64,000 nt of DNA. Origin: an uncultured Nitrososphaerales archaeon (GTDB lineage Archaea > Thermoproteota > Nitrososphaeria > Nitrososphaerales > Nitrososphaeraceae). The stretch covers positions 32,001 through 96,000 of the forward strand of contig CAVOHZ010000004.1 in NCBI GenBank assembly GCA_963695855.1. The letters run 5' to 3'. The notes beneath the pieces are model-generated. The model did no database searches and was not told where the DNA came from. It was given only the letters and a program-made list of their open reading frames with translations. Below, in pieces: positions 22,834 to 33,289 of this stretch. A program made the position numbers and the translations under genes. Numbering within the stretch: the stretch's first letter is position 1; every line of letters begins with the position of its first letter.

Positions 22834-23703
22834 ATGACCGAAATTACATTAGAAAAAATTAATGAAGCAATAAAAAATTCAAACGCTAAATGGAAAACCA
22901 GAGACCATCCACTGTTAAGGGCATCTCCCACCGAAAAGAAAAGGTCGCTAGGATTGAGAATAAATGAGAGTCAATTGAAATCACTTAGAGCAAAAGCTGC
23001 CCTAGATATCAAAACAGTTATAGAAGATTTTGGCAGACAGGTAAAAAGATTAAATGAAGTAGATTGGAGAAATAATGAAAATAAAAATTATGTAACTTCA
23101 ATAAAAAATCAAAAAAATTGCGGTTCTTGTGTGGGTTTTGGGGTTACAGCAACTCTAGAATCTATGGTACTTTTAGAACAGGGTAAAGAATGTGATCTTT
23201 CAGAGTCTGAATTATTCTTTTGTGGAGGTAAGGATGATGCAAGTTGCTCTAATGGGTGGTGGCCGAGTAGGGCTATACCATATTTGGTCGATAAAGGTCT
23301 ATCACCAGAAGAATGCTTTCCGTATGATGACAATGATATTCCTTGTATCACTTGTCAGGAGCGTGACAATCAGGCAATAAGGATAAGTAAACATGTAGAG
23401 ATAATGAATGTAGAGGATAGAAAAGTATATTTGTCTAGTGTTGGTCCACTTATAGGTGGAATGAGGGTGTTTTCAGACTTTATGTCATATGGTGAAGGAA
23501 TATATTCCCACGTCACTGGAGAAGAAGAAGGAGGACATTGTATACAAATAGTAGGTTTTAGCGATATGGAAAAATGCTGGATATGCAAAAATAGTTGGGG
23601 TCCAAATTGGGGAGAAAATGGATTCTTTAGAATAGAATACAATCAATGTGGACTTGATACTGAATTCCCAATGTGGGGGATAGCTAAAACTCAAATCCAA
23701 TAA
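22834..23703 (+). CDS. Papain-like cysteine protease (C1A) with propeptide, no signal peptide
   Basis: 'NQKNCGSC' (oxyanion Q, catalytic C), 'LSE', 'GGHCIQIVG', 'KNSWG..WGENGFFRI'. Confidence 0.93.
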   Translation: MTEITLEKINEAIKNSNAKWKTRDHPLLRASPTEKKRSLGLRINESQLKSLRAKAALDIKTVIEDFGRQVKRLNEVDWRNNENKNYVTSIKNQKNCGSCVGFGVTATLESMVLLEQGKECDLSESELFFCGGKDDASCSNGWWPSRAIPYLVDKGLSPEECFPYDDNDIPCITCQERDNQAIRISKHVEIMNVEDRKVYLSSVGPLIGGMRVFSDFMSYGEGIYSHVTGEEEGGHCIQIVGFSDMEKCWICKNSWGPNWGENGFFRIEYNQCGLDTEFPMWGIAKTQIQ

Positions 23704-23782
23704 AAAGAATGTATAAAAATTTCTTTTTTTTAAAAAAAATATCGTGAGACAATTATCTGCAAAAAGATAAGATAATAGATAA

Positions 23783-24106
23783 TCAAGATTTAATAATATT
23801 TAAAATAAATTCTTTTTCTTCTTTTATCTCTTTTTCCCATGTCTGTTTATATATAAATTTAATTTTGGTTTTCCCTACCTTTATAGTTCTAAACTTTATA
23901 GATTGAATTGAACTACTGCCCATAGTGGTAGTAGCATCTGTGGATTTTTCGTTTTTATCAGAAATTAATTCTAAAAATTCATTGTCAAATATGTAAGTCC
24001 ATCGATAACCGGCAGTTCCTCTTTTTTCGAGTCGGATATCAAAATCCTGGCCCAGAATTACTGAAAATTCATCTGGACCATGATTTGATACCGATCTGTA
24101 ATTCAT
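23783..24106 (-). CDS. Chagasin-family cysteine protease inhibitor (I42)
   Basis: 'RGTAGYRW' (NPTTGYxW-like), 'MGSS', 'FIYKQTWE' (RPW-like). Confidence 0.88.
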   Translation of the reverse strand: MNYRSVSNHGPDEFSVILGQDFDIRLEKRGTAGYRWTYIFDNEFLELISDKNEKSTDATTTMGSSSIQSIKFRTIKVGKTKIKFIYKQTWEKEIKEEKEFILNIIKS

Positions 24107-24130
24107 GATATTTTCATTTATATCATATCT

Positions 24131-25042
24131 TTATAATATTATATCACTTGCATTACCTATAGTTACAATTGGAGTCTTCATAGTTGTCATAGGATCAAAT
24201 TTACTGAGAATTCCAAAATCTAGATCAGTAAGAGATGCTATCGTTTTTATTTGAACTTGATATGTTTCATATTTGCCATATACAAATTTTAGTCCATCAA
24301 TCAATTTTTTTTGAGTTTGAATATATGCAGTGGCCGAAATATTTCTATCTTTCTTTATGATTGTGACTACTTTCCAAAAATCTGCAGGAATAAGGAAACG
24401 ATCTTTATAGAGTAGGTCATCTTTTCGAAAAACTGGACCAGTGAAAACATTGACTTTAAGATCATAAAGATCGGCATTTTCTAATATATAATCTTCTAAT
24501 TTTAGCCATGTTTTTTGATTAAGATCTTTGTGTTGTGGTGAACAGTTAGTAAAATGAAATGTATCTTCATTTGCATTCACATAATTATCTCCCCAAACAG
24601 GATCCAATCTACGAACCAGATGACCTCTGTCAAGATCATTTTTTGAATAGACTTCTGGTCCATATTGATACTTTTTATCAATTCTAGGATCAAAATACCA
24701 TATGTCTTTTTCTCTATCTAATTTCTTTAACTTTGAACCATCAATATTTACAGCAGTAAAGAACGCAAGACACCTAGATTTACTCATAACTACGGAAAAA
24801 TTGGCATATTTTAGTTCATGATCATCATTTTTTCTCAATTTTACACAATCTACAATCATAGGATCAGATAAATTGGGTAAAGGAATGGTCTCTTCTAAAA
24901 AATCCAAGTTATAGCCTTCGCGATTGTTATAGAGACTAGGATCTTTTTCAATAATATTCATCTGTTCAAATGGAAGATTTCCTGACATTGGATATTTATG
25001 ATTTATAATATTTTTAAATATTCTCATTCCTCTCTTAAACAA
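24131..25042 (-). CDS. DNA/RNA non-specific endonuclease (NucA/EndA, betabeta-alpha-Me)
   Basis: 'LDRGHLVRR', 'TFHFTNCSPQH..LNQKTWLKLE', 'TGPVF', 'IPADFWKV'; no signal peptide; likely start MSGNLPFE. Confidence 0.92.
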   Translation of the reverse strand: MFKRGMRIFKNIINHKYPMSGNLPFEQMNIIEKDPSLYNNREGYNLDFLEETIPLPNLSDPMIVDCVKLRKNDDHELKYANFSVVMSKSRCLAFFTAVNIDGSKLKKLDREKDIWYFDPRIDKKYQYGPEVYSKNDLDRGHLVRRLDPVWGDNYVNANEDTFHFTNCSPQHKDLNQKTWLKLEDYILENADLYDLKVNVFTGPVFRKDDLLYKDRFLIPADFWKVVTIIKKDRNISATAYIQTQKKLIDGLKFVYGKYETYQVQIKTIASLTDLDFGILSKFDPMTTMKTPIVTIGNASDIIL

Positions 25043-25368
25043 ACTGTTGATTATATTTCAACTTCTTTGGTTTTTACATAATTCAGAAAACTAAAATTTT
25101 CATAATAAGAATATTTCGACATATTTTATTTCAAAGATAATTAATAAATATTTAGAGAACAATAAGATCAAGTTATCCTTAAAGAGACCATTATCGATAA
25201 TCTTTTTAATTGTAATTAACCAATAAAACAACTATACAATATTATACATTAAAATGCAGATAATATAATAGATAAGATCCAAATGTGATTAATTAAATTA
25301 TGGACTTATGTAAATATGAAATTCTTGAAATCTAAAAAATTTAAATACAATTGTTTTAAACAACTAAC

Positions 25369-26229
25369 ATGACAATCGGATTATCGTTAAACATTGGATT
25401 AAATAAAGTAGATCCAAATCATTATGAAGGATGGGATGGTCAATTAAGCGCTTGTGAGTTTGATGCAGATGATATGGCTGAAATAGCTAGAGCAGAAGGT
25501 TTTGAGATACAAAAGCTTATTACGACAGATGCAACTGTAAAAAATGTTGTAAAAAATATCACAGATGCTTCTGAAAAGTTAGAATCAGGAGACATATTCC
25601 TTTTAACATATTCAGGTCATGGGGGAAAATTAAAAGATTTAAATAGAGACGAAAAAGATTTTGAGGATGAAACTTGGTGTCTGTATGATAGACAGTTTGT
25701 AGATGATGAGTTAAATGACTGTCTTTCAAAATTCAAAGAGGGTGTACGTATCTTTGTACTATCAGATAGCTGTCATAGTGGTACAGTAATAAGAGAAATT
25801 AATGGAACATTTATACAAGTTAATCCTCAGTATGAAAAAATTGATGTCAGAAATACTAATGTGGATAAGAACGGAGTCAAGTATAGATTTGTTCCTGATG
25901 CCGTACTAAATAGAGTTTATAGTCGTCATAAAGGACTATATGATCAAATCCTTTCCGATAAAAATTTAAAAGAGTCAGAAGATAAAGTTAAAGCCTCAGC
26001 GATTTTGATTTCAGGATGTCAGGATAATCAATTTTCACAAGATGGGACATATAATGGACTTTTTACAGCTAATCTGCTAAATGTTTGGGACGATGGACAA
26101 TTTAAGGATTCATATAAAACCTTTCATAAAAGAATCGTAAGTCAAATGCCATCAGAGCAGACTCCAAATTATTATGTAATTGGTAAACCTAACCTGGATT
26201 TCGAGAAGAAAATTCCCTTTAAAATATAG
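25369..26229 (+). CDS. Metacaspase/caspase-family peptidase C14
   Basis: 'YSGHGG' and 'SDSCHSG' His-Cys dyad, 'DETWCLYD', 'ISGCQDNQFS'. Confidence 0.93.
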   Translation: MTIGLSLNIGLNKVDPNHYEGWDGQLSACEFDADDMAEIARAEGFEIQKLITTDATVKNVVKNITDASEKLESGDIFLLTYSGHGGKLKDLNRDEKDFEDETWCLYDRQFVDDELNDCLSKFKEGVRIFVLSDSCHSGTVIREINGTFIQVNPQYEKIDVRNTNVDKNGVKYRFVPDAVLNRVYSRHKGLYDQILSDKNLKESEDKVKASAILISGCQDNQFSQDGTYNGLFTANLLNVWDDGQFKDSYKTFHKRIVSQMPSEQTPNYYVIGKPNLDFEKKIPFKI

Positions 26230-26358
26230 TAATCGACTGAAATTTTTCAGTTTTTATAATTTTTTTATTTTTTATTTCAAAAATATATGATATTTCTTGA
26301 TAATTAAACATACGCATGACAACAATCTCTTTATACAAGAATTTCAATTGAAAACATA

Positions 26359-27828
26359 TTGGTCCTGAGAACAAAAATATTGTTTGTTTCATCGGTACCA
26401 GAAGATAAAAATTATATCGATGTTGGTCAAGAGAGCGATATAATATCTGAAGTTCTTGGAATAATGAAGCAAGATAGCAAATTTCAGTTTATTCATAAAC
26501 ATGGCATAATCAGGGGAAAATTTCGAGAAATTCTACAAGATTATAAACCAGATATAATTCATTTTTCAGGACACGGAGGAGAAAAAGAAGGTCTTGTATT
26601 TCAAGATAATGAAGAAATTTCAAAGGAGATGTTAAGAGATATTTTTGATGGTTTACATAATGTACAATTAATTTATCTAAATGCATGTTATTCAGCAAAA
26701 CAGACAGATGCAATCAAAAATTTAACTAATGTCAAAAATATTATTGGGATGAATAAATCAATAGCTGATTATATTGCTATTCAATTTTCTACAAATTTTT
26801 ATAAAAATTATAAAAGAATCGAAATGATAAAAGAATCTTTCAGAGACACGTTTAACAATTTTAGACAAGAATATCCAGATATAGTTAATTTACCTGAACT
26901 AGTTAAAATAGATGAAAAAATAGAGATCAACGATTCTTTGGATAATCAAGATGAAATTGATCTCAAGAAAAAAAGTTCAAGAAGATTGGTTCAGAATCGG
27001 CAAATTTCTATAGACCTTTTATCACAAATTGATCAATCAATAAAAATATTTGATGAAAAAGTTGTTAAAAATGAAGTTGAACCAGAAAAGTTCTGGAAAG
27101 GAGAAACTTCTGTTAACCTCTCAAAAATTTTAATTATATTAGATTCATATTCAGAAGAATATGGTCTTTCCGATATTGAATTAAAAATAGTGAGAGGCAA
27201 TTTTAGAACAGCTGAAACCTTATTTCATACACTTACTTTTAAATCGAATTCAACAGAACTTGCAAGTAAAGAAATAATGCAAAGAAAGATGATAAAATGT
27301 TATGAGGAAATTATAAAAGTGTTAAGAAAATTACTTTTTAATTATAAACTTGATTCTATTCAAAAAATTCAACCCCTTTTCCCACAGGATTCTAGCAGGA
27401 ATATGTTATCTGATACATTATACAAGATTCAATCTTTATCTATTTCGTTAAATACTCTAAAGAATAAAATATTACAATCTATCTTAAGAAATGACGATCC
27501 ACTTGTTCAATCTAATTCTAAGGCCGAATATTTTAATATTTTATTTCATTTAAAGATAGAATATAATAATTTTATAAAATTTATGGAAAAAGAATTTGAT
27601 CCGAACATAGTAGAGAGGAATGTGAATGTCACGAACCTATTTTCAAACCTGAATGATAAATTAATCCTCGAACGAATAAATACAATAGGACTCTATGAAA
27701 GTTTAACCAATATTTATGATATTCAAGATGAATTAGGAAAAATTTTTGAAACATGTGTAGTATTTTTGGATAATATTAACAGAAAGATGAAGTCTGGGAT
27801 ATCGAACTATGAACCAGGAAACAGATAA
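26359..27828 (+). CDS. CHAT-domain (caspase HetF-associated) protein with helical C-terminus
   Basis: 'PDIIHFSGHG' and 'YLNACYS' intact dyad, 'IIGM..I.D..AIQFSTNFY'. Confidence 0.88.
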   Translation: MVLRTKILFVSSVPEDKNYIDVGQESDIISEVLGIMKQDSKFQFIHKHGIIRGKFREILQDYKPDIIHFSGHGGEKEGLVFQDNEEISKEMLRDIFDGLHNVQLIYLNACYSAKQTDAIKNLTNVKNIIGMNKSIADYIAIQFSTNFYKNYKRIEMIKESFRDTFNNFRQEYPDIVNLPELVKIDEKIEINDSLDNQDEIDLKKKSSRRLVQNRQISIDLLSQIDQSIKIFDEKVVKNEVEPEKFWKGETSVNLSKILIILDSYSEEYGLSDIELKIVRGNFRTAETLFHTLTFKSNSTELASKEIMQRKMIKCYEEIIKVLRKLLFNYKLDSIQKIQPLFPQDSSRNMLSDTLYKIQSLSISLNTLKNKILQSILRNDDPLVQSNSKAEYFNILFHLKIEYNNFIKFMEKEFDPNIVERNVNVTNLFSNLNDKLILERINTIGLYESLTNIYDIQDELGKIFETCVVFLDNINRKMKSGISNYEPGNR

Positions 27829-29428
27829 TTATATTAAAAAAGGTTCTCAAGATACCCAATCTTTAGAATCAGAAAGGGAGGAATTTAATAAAGAATTATT
27901 AGAGCTTTTGAAAAAGATAGATATTGACCAAAAAGATCCTCTAGTAATTAATCAACTATTTGTAGAAATAACAAAAAAAGTCAATGAAATTTGTGAAGTC
28001 TATTACGAATATGAGGAATATGAGAAGATTCTTTCTTATTATAATGCAGTATATGAGAAATATTTAGTGGCATTAGATTCACTGGAGGATTCAGAGGCAC
28101 AATATGGATATTATCTTCCAATAATAAGAGAATCATTTGAATACTGGAAGACAAGAATCCACTGGCTAAAAAAGGAACATACAAGAAAAACTATCAATAA
28201 TGGGAACCTGTTCTTGATCGAAGGCAAATTTGAGAGTGCTTTATATAACTTTGATCACGCATTGAAATATGATAGAAATAATCAGGAATTATTAAACAAA
28301 AAAGGCATTTCGCTATTTTTTCTTGAAAAATATAATGAATCATTAAAATGTTTTGAGGATGCATCAAGGTTATCAGAAAATCGTATACATATATTATATA
28401 ATATAGCTCTTACAAATGAACAATTAAAAAACATTTCAAAAGCTATTGAATTTTATAATAAGATATTAGAGGTTGACGAAAATAATCCATATGCGATGAC
28501 ATCGTTGGGTATTCTTTACTATGAAGAAGAAAATTATAAACTGGCTAAAGAGTACATCCAAAGGGCTTACCAAATTCAAAAGAATGATTGGAGGATCCCT
28601 CTTGCACTAGGATGTATATTAAGTGAAGGATTTGCAGAATATAATAGTGCAAAGAAATATTTTGAAACAGCCATTATGTTGAATCCCAATTCATCCTTAA
28701 TAAAATTGAATTTGGCAAATGTATTGCTCCTTCTTGGAGAATACAACAAAAGTGTAGAGATTTTGAAGAATGTTTCAATAGGAATGGAAAATGTCGAAGA
28801 CAGGTCAAGAGCAATAATATTGAGAATACTACAAATATGCACCAATTACCTCCTCAAAAAAGAAATATCAAATGATCTAATTGAAGAATTGGTCAAATAT
28901 TGCAATTTAAAAGATTTGAATCTTGTTAGCTGGAATTTTAAGAATCTAAAAAATTATGTTTTGAAAATAAATATGGAGTCGAAAACAAAAGACATATTAT
29001 GTTCTATCCTTTCTATTTCAGAGTTAGATGAAAACAGTAAAAAAATTTATTTAGATAGAATCCTTGCAGATTCAGAGAGTATTTTACTTCAAAAAAATAA
29101 TGTAACAAATGTGGATCAGGTAAAAGAGATTTTATTTATAGATCCGGAACAAATAGAGATATCACAAGACACAGAGCCAAACATAATAGAAAAAGGTTCG
29201 TATAATTGGAGACTTTATGTAAAAGCACCTGAACATATATTGTCTTTATTTGAATCTGTTGAATATATTTTAGATCCTAACTATTCAAAAAATATTCAAA
29301 GTGCATTTTCCAAAGATAATGGATTTGCGATCGAGGGAACTGGAAGATTTAATTCTAATGTTGAGATCAAAATAATGATGAAAGACAAATCAATCATCAA
29401 GAAATATATAAAATTGAAGTTCTCGTAA
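27809..29428 (+). CDS. TPR-repeat protein with C-terminal prokaryotic YEATS-like domain
   Basis: About 6 TPRs; C-terminus 'YNWRLYV...ESVEYILDPNY....SKDNGFAIEGTG' fits the pYEATS pattern; overlaps the CHAT gene by 20 nt. Confidence 0.8.
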   Translation: MNQETDNYIKKGSQDTQSLESEREEFNKELLELLKKIDIDQKDPLVINQLFVEITKKVNEICEVYYEYEEYEKILSYYNAVYEKYLVALDSLEDSEAQYGYYLPIIRESFEYWKTRIHWLKKEHTRKTINNGNLFLIEGKFESALYNFDHALKYDRNNQELLNKKGISLFFLEKYNESLKCFEDASRLSENRIHILYNIALTNEQLKNISKAIEFYNKILEVDENNPYAMTSLGILYYEEENYKLAKEYIQRAYQIQKNDWRIPLALGCILSEGFAEYNSAKKYFETAIMLNPNSSLIKLNLANVLLLLGEYNKSVEILKNVSIGMENVEDRSRAIILRILQICTNYLLKKEISNDLIEELVKYCNLKDLNLVSWNFKNLKNYVLKINMESKTKDILCSILSISELDENSKKIYLDRILADSESILLQKNNVTNVDQVKEILFIDPEQIEISQDTEPNIIEKGSYNWRLYVKAPEHILSLFESVEYILDPNYSKNIQSAFSKDNGFAIEGTGRFNSNVEIKIMMKDKSIIKKYIKLKFS

Positions 29429-29959
29429 AACGATATTTGAAACCATGACTAAAAATAAAAATTTAAATTGATATTTTCAATTCTATTTTTTGAATCAAAT
29501 TAAAAACATTCATTCGTAAATTGTGGATTCAATAAATTTGTCAAACCCTAAATAGAAATTATATTACAGAATTACTTTGATATGACACAATAATTTGAAA
29601 AATAATAATAAAATATTTTTTTAAAATATTTTTTTAATTAATATGTCGTGTCTATTATTATAAAAAAATTCAGGTATTCATCTGTTTCTATACACTGCCT
29701 GAGATACTAGATATGACGAATAGTACTATAATAATAAAAGAACATAAAATAAAAATTGTTTATTTTTAAATCATTATTCGCAATGTAATTAGTATCCTTA
29801 ATATAATTAATATTTAGTTTTATCTGTTTTATAGAAATAATAGTCTTTCAATATATAAATAACGTAAAACTATGAATCTTGTATTACCTTTGATTATTTG
29901 AATTGAGTTATCAAATTATAAAAATGTTAATAATATGTTTGTTTTGAATAAAGTAAAGC

Positions 29960-31048
29960 ATGAGATATAAAAAAATAACTAACTCGAATTTGATAACAGA
30001 TTACAAATGTTTTTGTTCCTACATACCTATTTCGGTACTTGAAAATTTAGCACGTGCAGGAGTAAAAGAAGCGTTACTAAGTATTAATCAAAGTAAAATT
30101 TATCGTGAAAAAAGAGATTTGAAGGATGTAAAAATAGAAAATTTTATGAAAGAATTTACCTCAACAAAAATGGTAGGAAATGCATCAAGAAGTGTCTATG
30201 ACTGTAACAAATGGGAACAGAGAGTATGAAAGCCGGTTAGAAAAGAGAACGGAGGACCCAGTTCAGACGAAACAGTAAATACAGTTTATGATTATGCGGG
30301 AAAAGTTAGAGATTATTTTCTAGAGAAACACAATAATAGAAAATCAATAGATGATGCCAATATGAATCTGTTACTAAATGTCCATTATGGGGAAAAGTAT
30401 CAGAATGCATACTGGGATGGTGATGAAATGACTTTTGGAGATGGAGACGGCGAAATATTTTTGGATTTTGCCAATTCACTAGATGTTATTGCTCATGAAC
30501 TGACACACGGTATAACACAATCGGAAGCCAATCTAGAATATAAAGGTCAATCAGGTGCATTGAATGAACATTTTTCTGATGTATTCGGTACGGTAATAAC
30601 GCAATTTGTTGAGGGACATACAGCAGAAACTGCAGATTGGCTAATAGGCGATGAAATAATGGGTCCTAAACTACGCGGTGAGGCTTTACGGTCTATGATC
30701 GAACCTGGAACTGCATATGATAACAACCTTATGGGAAAGGATCCTCAACCTTCGCATATGAAAGATTATTACAGTGGTGAGGAAGACAATTTTGGTGTTC
30801 ATATTAATAGCGGAATATTGAACAAGACATTCTATCTAGTAGCAAAGGAGATGGAATTAGGTACGAGTACCTCTGCCATCATTTGGTATGATGCATTAGA
30901 AAACCTTTGGCCAACTGCAAAGTTCAATGATGCGGTAAAAGTTATTGTTAGATCGGCACAAACACTGACTGAAAAGAAGAAGGTTCCGAAAGGTTCTGCT
31001 CAAAAAATACGTGCAGCTTTTAGAGAGGTTGGACTTCCCTCTTTATAA
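29960..31048 (+). pseudogene. Protealysin-like M4 metalloprotease interrupted by one in-frame TGA (30227-30229)
   Basis: ORFs 29960-30229 and 30362-31048 share a frame and the gap reads 'KPVRKENGGPSSDETVNTVYDY..RKSIDD'; propeptide 'SYIPISVL', 'NAYWDG', 'AHELTHG', 'GALNEHFSD', 'GVHINSG'. Confidence 0.9.
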
Positions 31049-31137
31049 GATACTAAGACTATACAATGATTTTGATAGTTTTTTATTTCTTGACGATAAC
31101 AAAATATATTTGAAATTTATCTGGATATCATCGATAA

Positions 31138-31460
31138 ATGATAGAAATAGATTTTTCTTTTTCTGGTGGATATGCGAATCTGAGAGGTTCTTTTAAAGGA
31201 AAAATAGAAAATTTACCAGACAACATCACCAGTGAGATAAATAAGATTTTGGAAGAATCTAAAATATTTGATTCAGATTTTGAACCGAAACAACAAAAAA
31301 ATTCATCGTGTCCTCCAGATGTATCTTCATATACGCTTGTCCTAAATAAGAACAGGGAAAAAAAGGAACTATCTTTTAATGACACACAATTCCTAAAGCT
31401 TTACATCCATTAATAGCTCATTTAAGAGAATTCACACTACATAAAAAAAGTTTCCGTTAG
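31138..31460 (+). pseudogene. Emfourin (M4in) protealysin inhibitor with C-terminal frameshift
   Basis: 'SGGYANL', 'PDVSSYTL'; expected C-terminal helix 'PKALHPLIAHLREF' lies in another frame from 31392 to a stop at 31460; directly follows the M4 gene. Confidence 0.75.
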
Positions 31461-31876
31461 ATAATCATAAAAATATGTATTGCGTATCTAAATTTTATGA
31501 TAATATAGTATAGTTTCCTATTTTTAGGATTATATTTCTTGTATCTGTATAAATTAATTTCAACAATATTGAATTAAAAATAGTTCAAACAATGAGTAAC
31601 CAAATAATTCAATGTTTTTTGGTAAAATATTTACGTGATCAGTACAACATCATATTTAAAATCCTTAATATATTCTTTAAAGTGGATATAGCAGAATCCC
31701 TAAAGATTTGAACAAAAAGATATTAATTTGGAAATAATCGTAACTACACAAAACCTTTATTTTTGATATAACCCAAATTAGAAAATAATATGAATTTATG
31801 TTAGTTAATACTGGCTATGATTTTGTGATTCTCATACATTAGAAACATTATTCTAATATGTTTTAATTCAAAAATT

Positions 31877-32707
31877 TTACATCCTCTTACTAACAGTAAT
31901 AATATTTGGGGTACTATTATCATATGGTTTGAAAGTATTCATATCTCTAAAACTTTTTAAATACTTCCAACCAGATTTTTTTAACATATTCTTTAATTCG
32001 TGTAATGAATACAATCTTAAAGTAGTTTTTATTTTCAGACTAAGACGAAAAAATTTTTCTTTTTTTTCATAAAAAGTAGATTCACTCTCTGATACGGAAG
32101 TCTCAAAATTAAATCGCCATTTTTCGTATATTTTTATATTTTTAGCTTTAAAAAATGTCAAAGGTTCAAAATTTGCAATTCTCCAATCCCTGTTTTCAGT
32201 TTCCATAACAAGAATACAATTTTTTGAAGAAACTTTATAAATTTCTTTAAGCATATGAACATCATCTGCATCACTTTTGTATCCAAAAGAATTGTCCATA
32301 ATTATCACAGCATCGAAATTTCCGTTATTAGTATTGGAAAGAATTTTTGATGCACTATACGGATTTCCGTTAATAAATTTTATTCTTGGAGTCAGACAAC
32401 TTATCTCTTCAGAGGCAAGTTCTTTAGCTTTTTCTAGATAGAACTTAGATGGATCGTAACCTATAATATCGTAACCGTCATTAGCCAATGGTATTGCATG
32501 TCTTCCTATCCCACATGAAAAATCTAGGATTTTAGAATCTTTTGATATATTAAATTCATTGAATAATTTATGAAGACCATTAATTTCATCTTCTGTATTT
32601 CTTCTTTTAAGATCTTCTATTACTGGTAAAAATAGATGACCATACTCTACAAATAACTTATGAGACCAATCATCTTGTTTTTTCAAAGAATCGCGTATTT
32701 TCAACAC
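31877..32707 (-). CDS. Class I SAM-dependent methyltransferase
   Basis: 'ILDFSCGIGRH', 'FDAVI..NSFGY', 'LRLYSLHELKNML'. Confidence 0.9.
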   Translation of the reverse strand: MLKIRDSLKKQDDWSHKLFVEYGHLFLPVIEDLKRRNTEDEINGLHKLFNEFNISKDSKILDFSCGIGRHAIPLANDGYDIIGYDPSKFYLEKAKELASEEISCLTPRIKFINGNPYSASKILSNTNNGNFDAVIIMDNSFGYKSDADDVHMLKEIYKVSSKNCILVMETENRDWRIANFEPLTFFKAKNIKIYEKWRFNFETSVSESESTFYEKKEKFFRLSLKIKTTLRLYSLHELKNMLKKSGWKYLKSFRDMNTFKPYDNSTPNIITVSKRM

Positions 32708-33009
32708 TAGGTATAATTAAAATTGGTTCTTTATATCTAGCATTGAATAGTTTTTCTATAATAACTGGTATCTGTTTTAACAAGTTAATTATTTTTCTGA
32801 ATCATAACATAATCTAATCATCAAAAGTAGCAGACAAATTATTGGAGAATGGGATATTCTACACCAATTAGCCTATATTGTTTGATCAGATTTTATTATT
32901 ATCATATATAGTAAAGATTGAATGCTATTAGTCATCATGTTTATTCTCTGTAGTATCATTACTTTAATACGAAGAATGAACTGATTAGATTATATAAGTT
33001 AACCAGTTT

Positions 33010-33215
33010 CACGGTAAAGAAAAGATTTCTTCTTGCATCAAACTAGAATATGATGATTTCCTTCCTGCTTAGGTGGCTAATGAAATAGATGAATTAGTCG
33101 TTGGACATTATACTGGTTATAGAGGTAGAGAAAGAGAACATAAAAGGATTAAAAACAGACCAAAAAAATGGTAGATAATCAGATATACCAGAAGGCATAG
33201 TATATCATGTAAAAA
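33010..33215 (+). mobile_element. Degraded IS630-like transposase HTH remnant
   Basis: Frame-hopping translation 'RFLL..KLEYDDFLPA*VANE..SRWTLYWL*R..GLKNRPK.GR*SDIPEGIVY' resembles the IS630 'WxxRy..eG..GLxdrprsGRP' motif. Confidence 0.5.
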
Positions 33216-33289
33216 CTAACTTTGTGTTAGTAAATAAAATTAGAATACAAGACAGAATTTGATTTGTGATTTTTGTACAAGAAAGCTAA

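Noticed and set aside
6387-30229. Selenocysteine or stop-codon recoding for in-frame TGA/TAG in CDF and M4
   Set aside because: The positions correspond to probable Trp, Ser or Gly rather than Cys; intact genes such as udg and cobB end in TGA; simple nonsense mutation is sufficient
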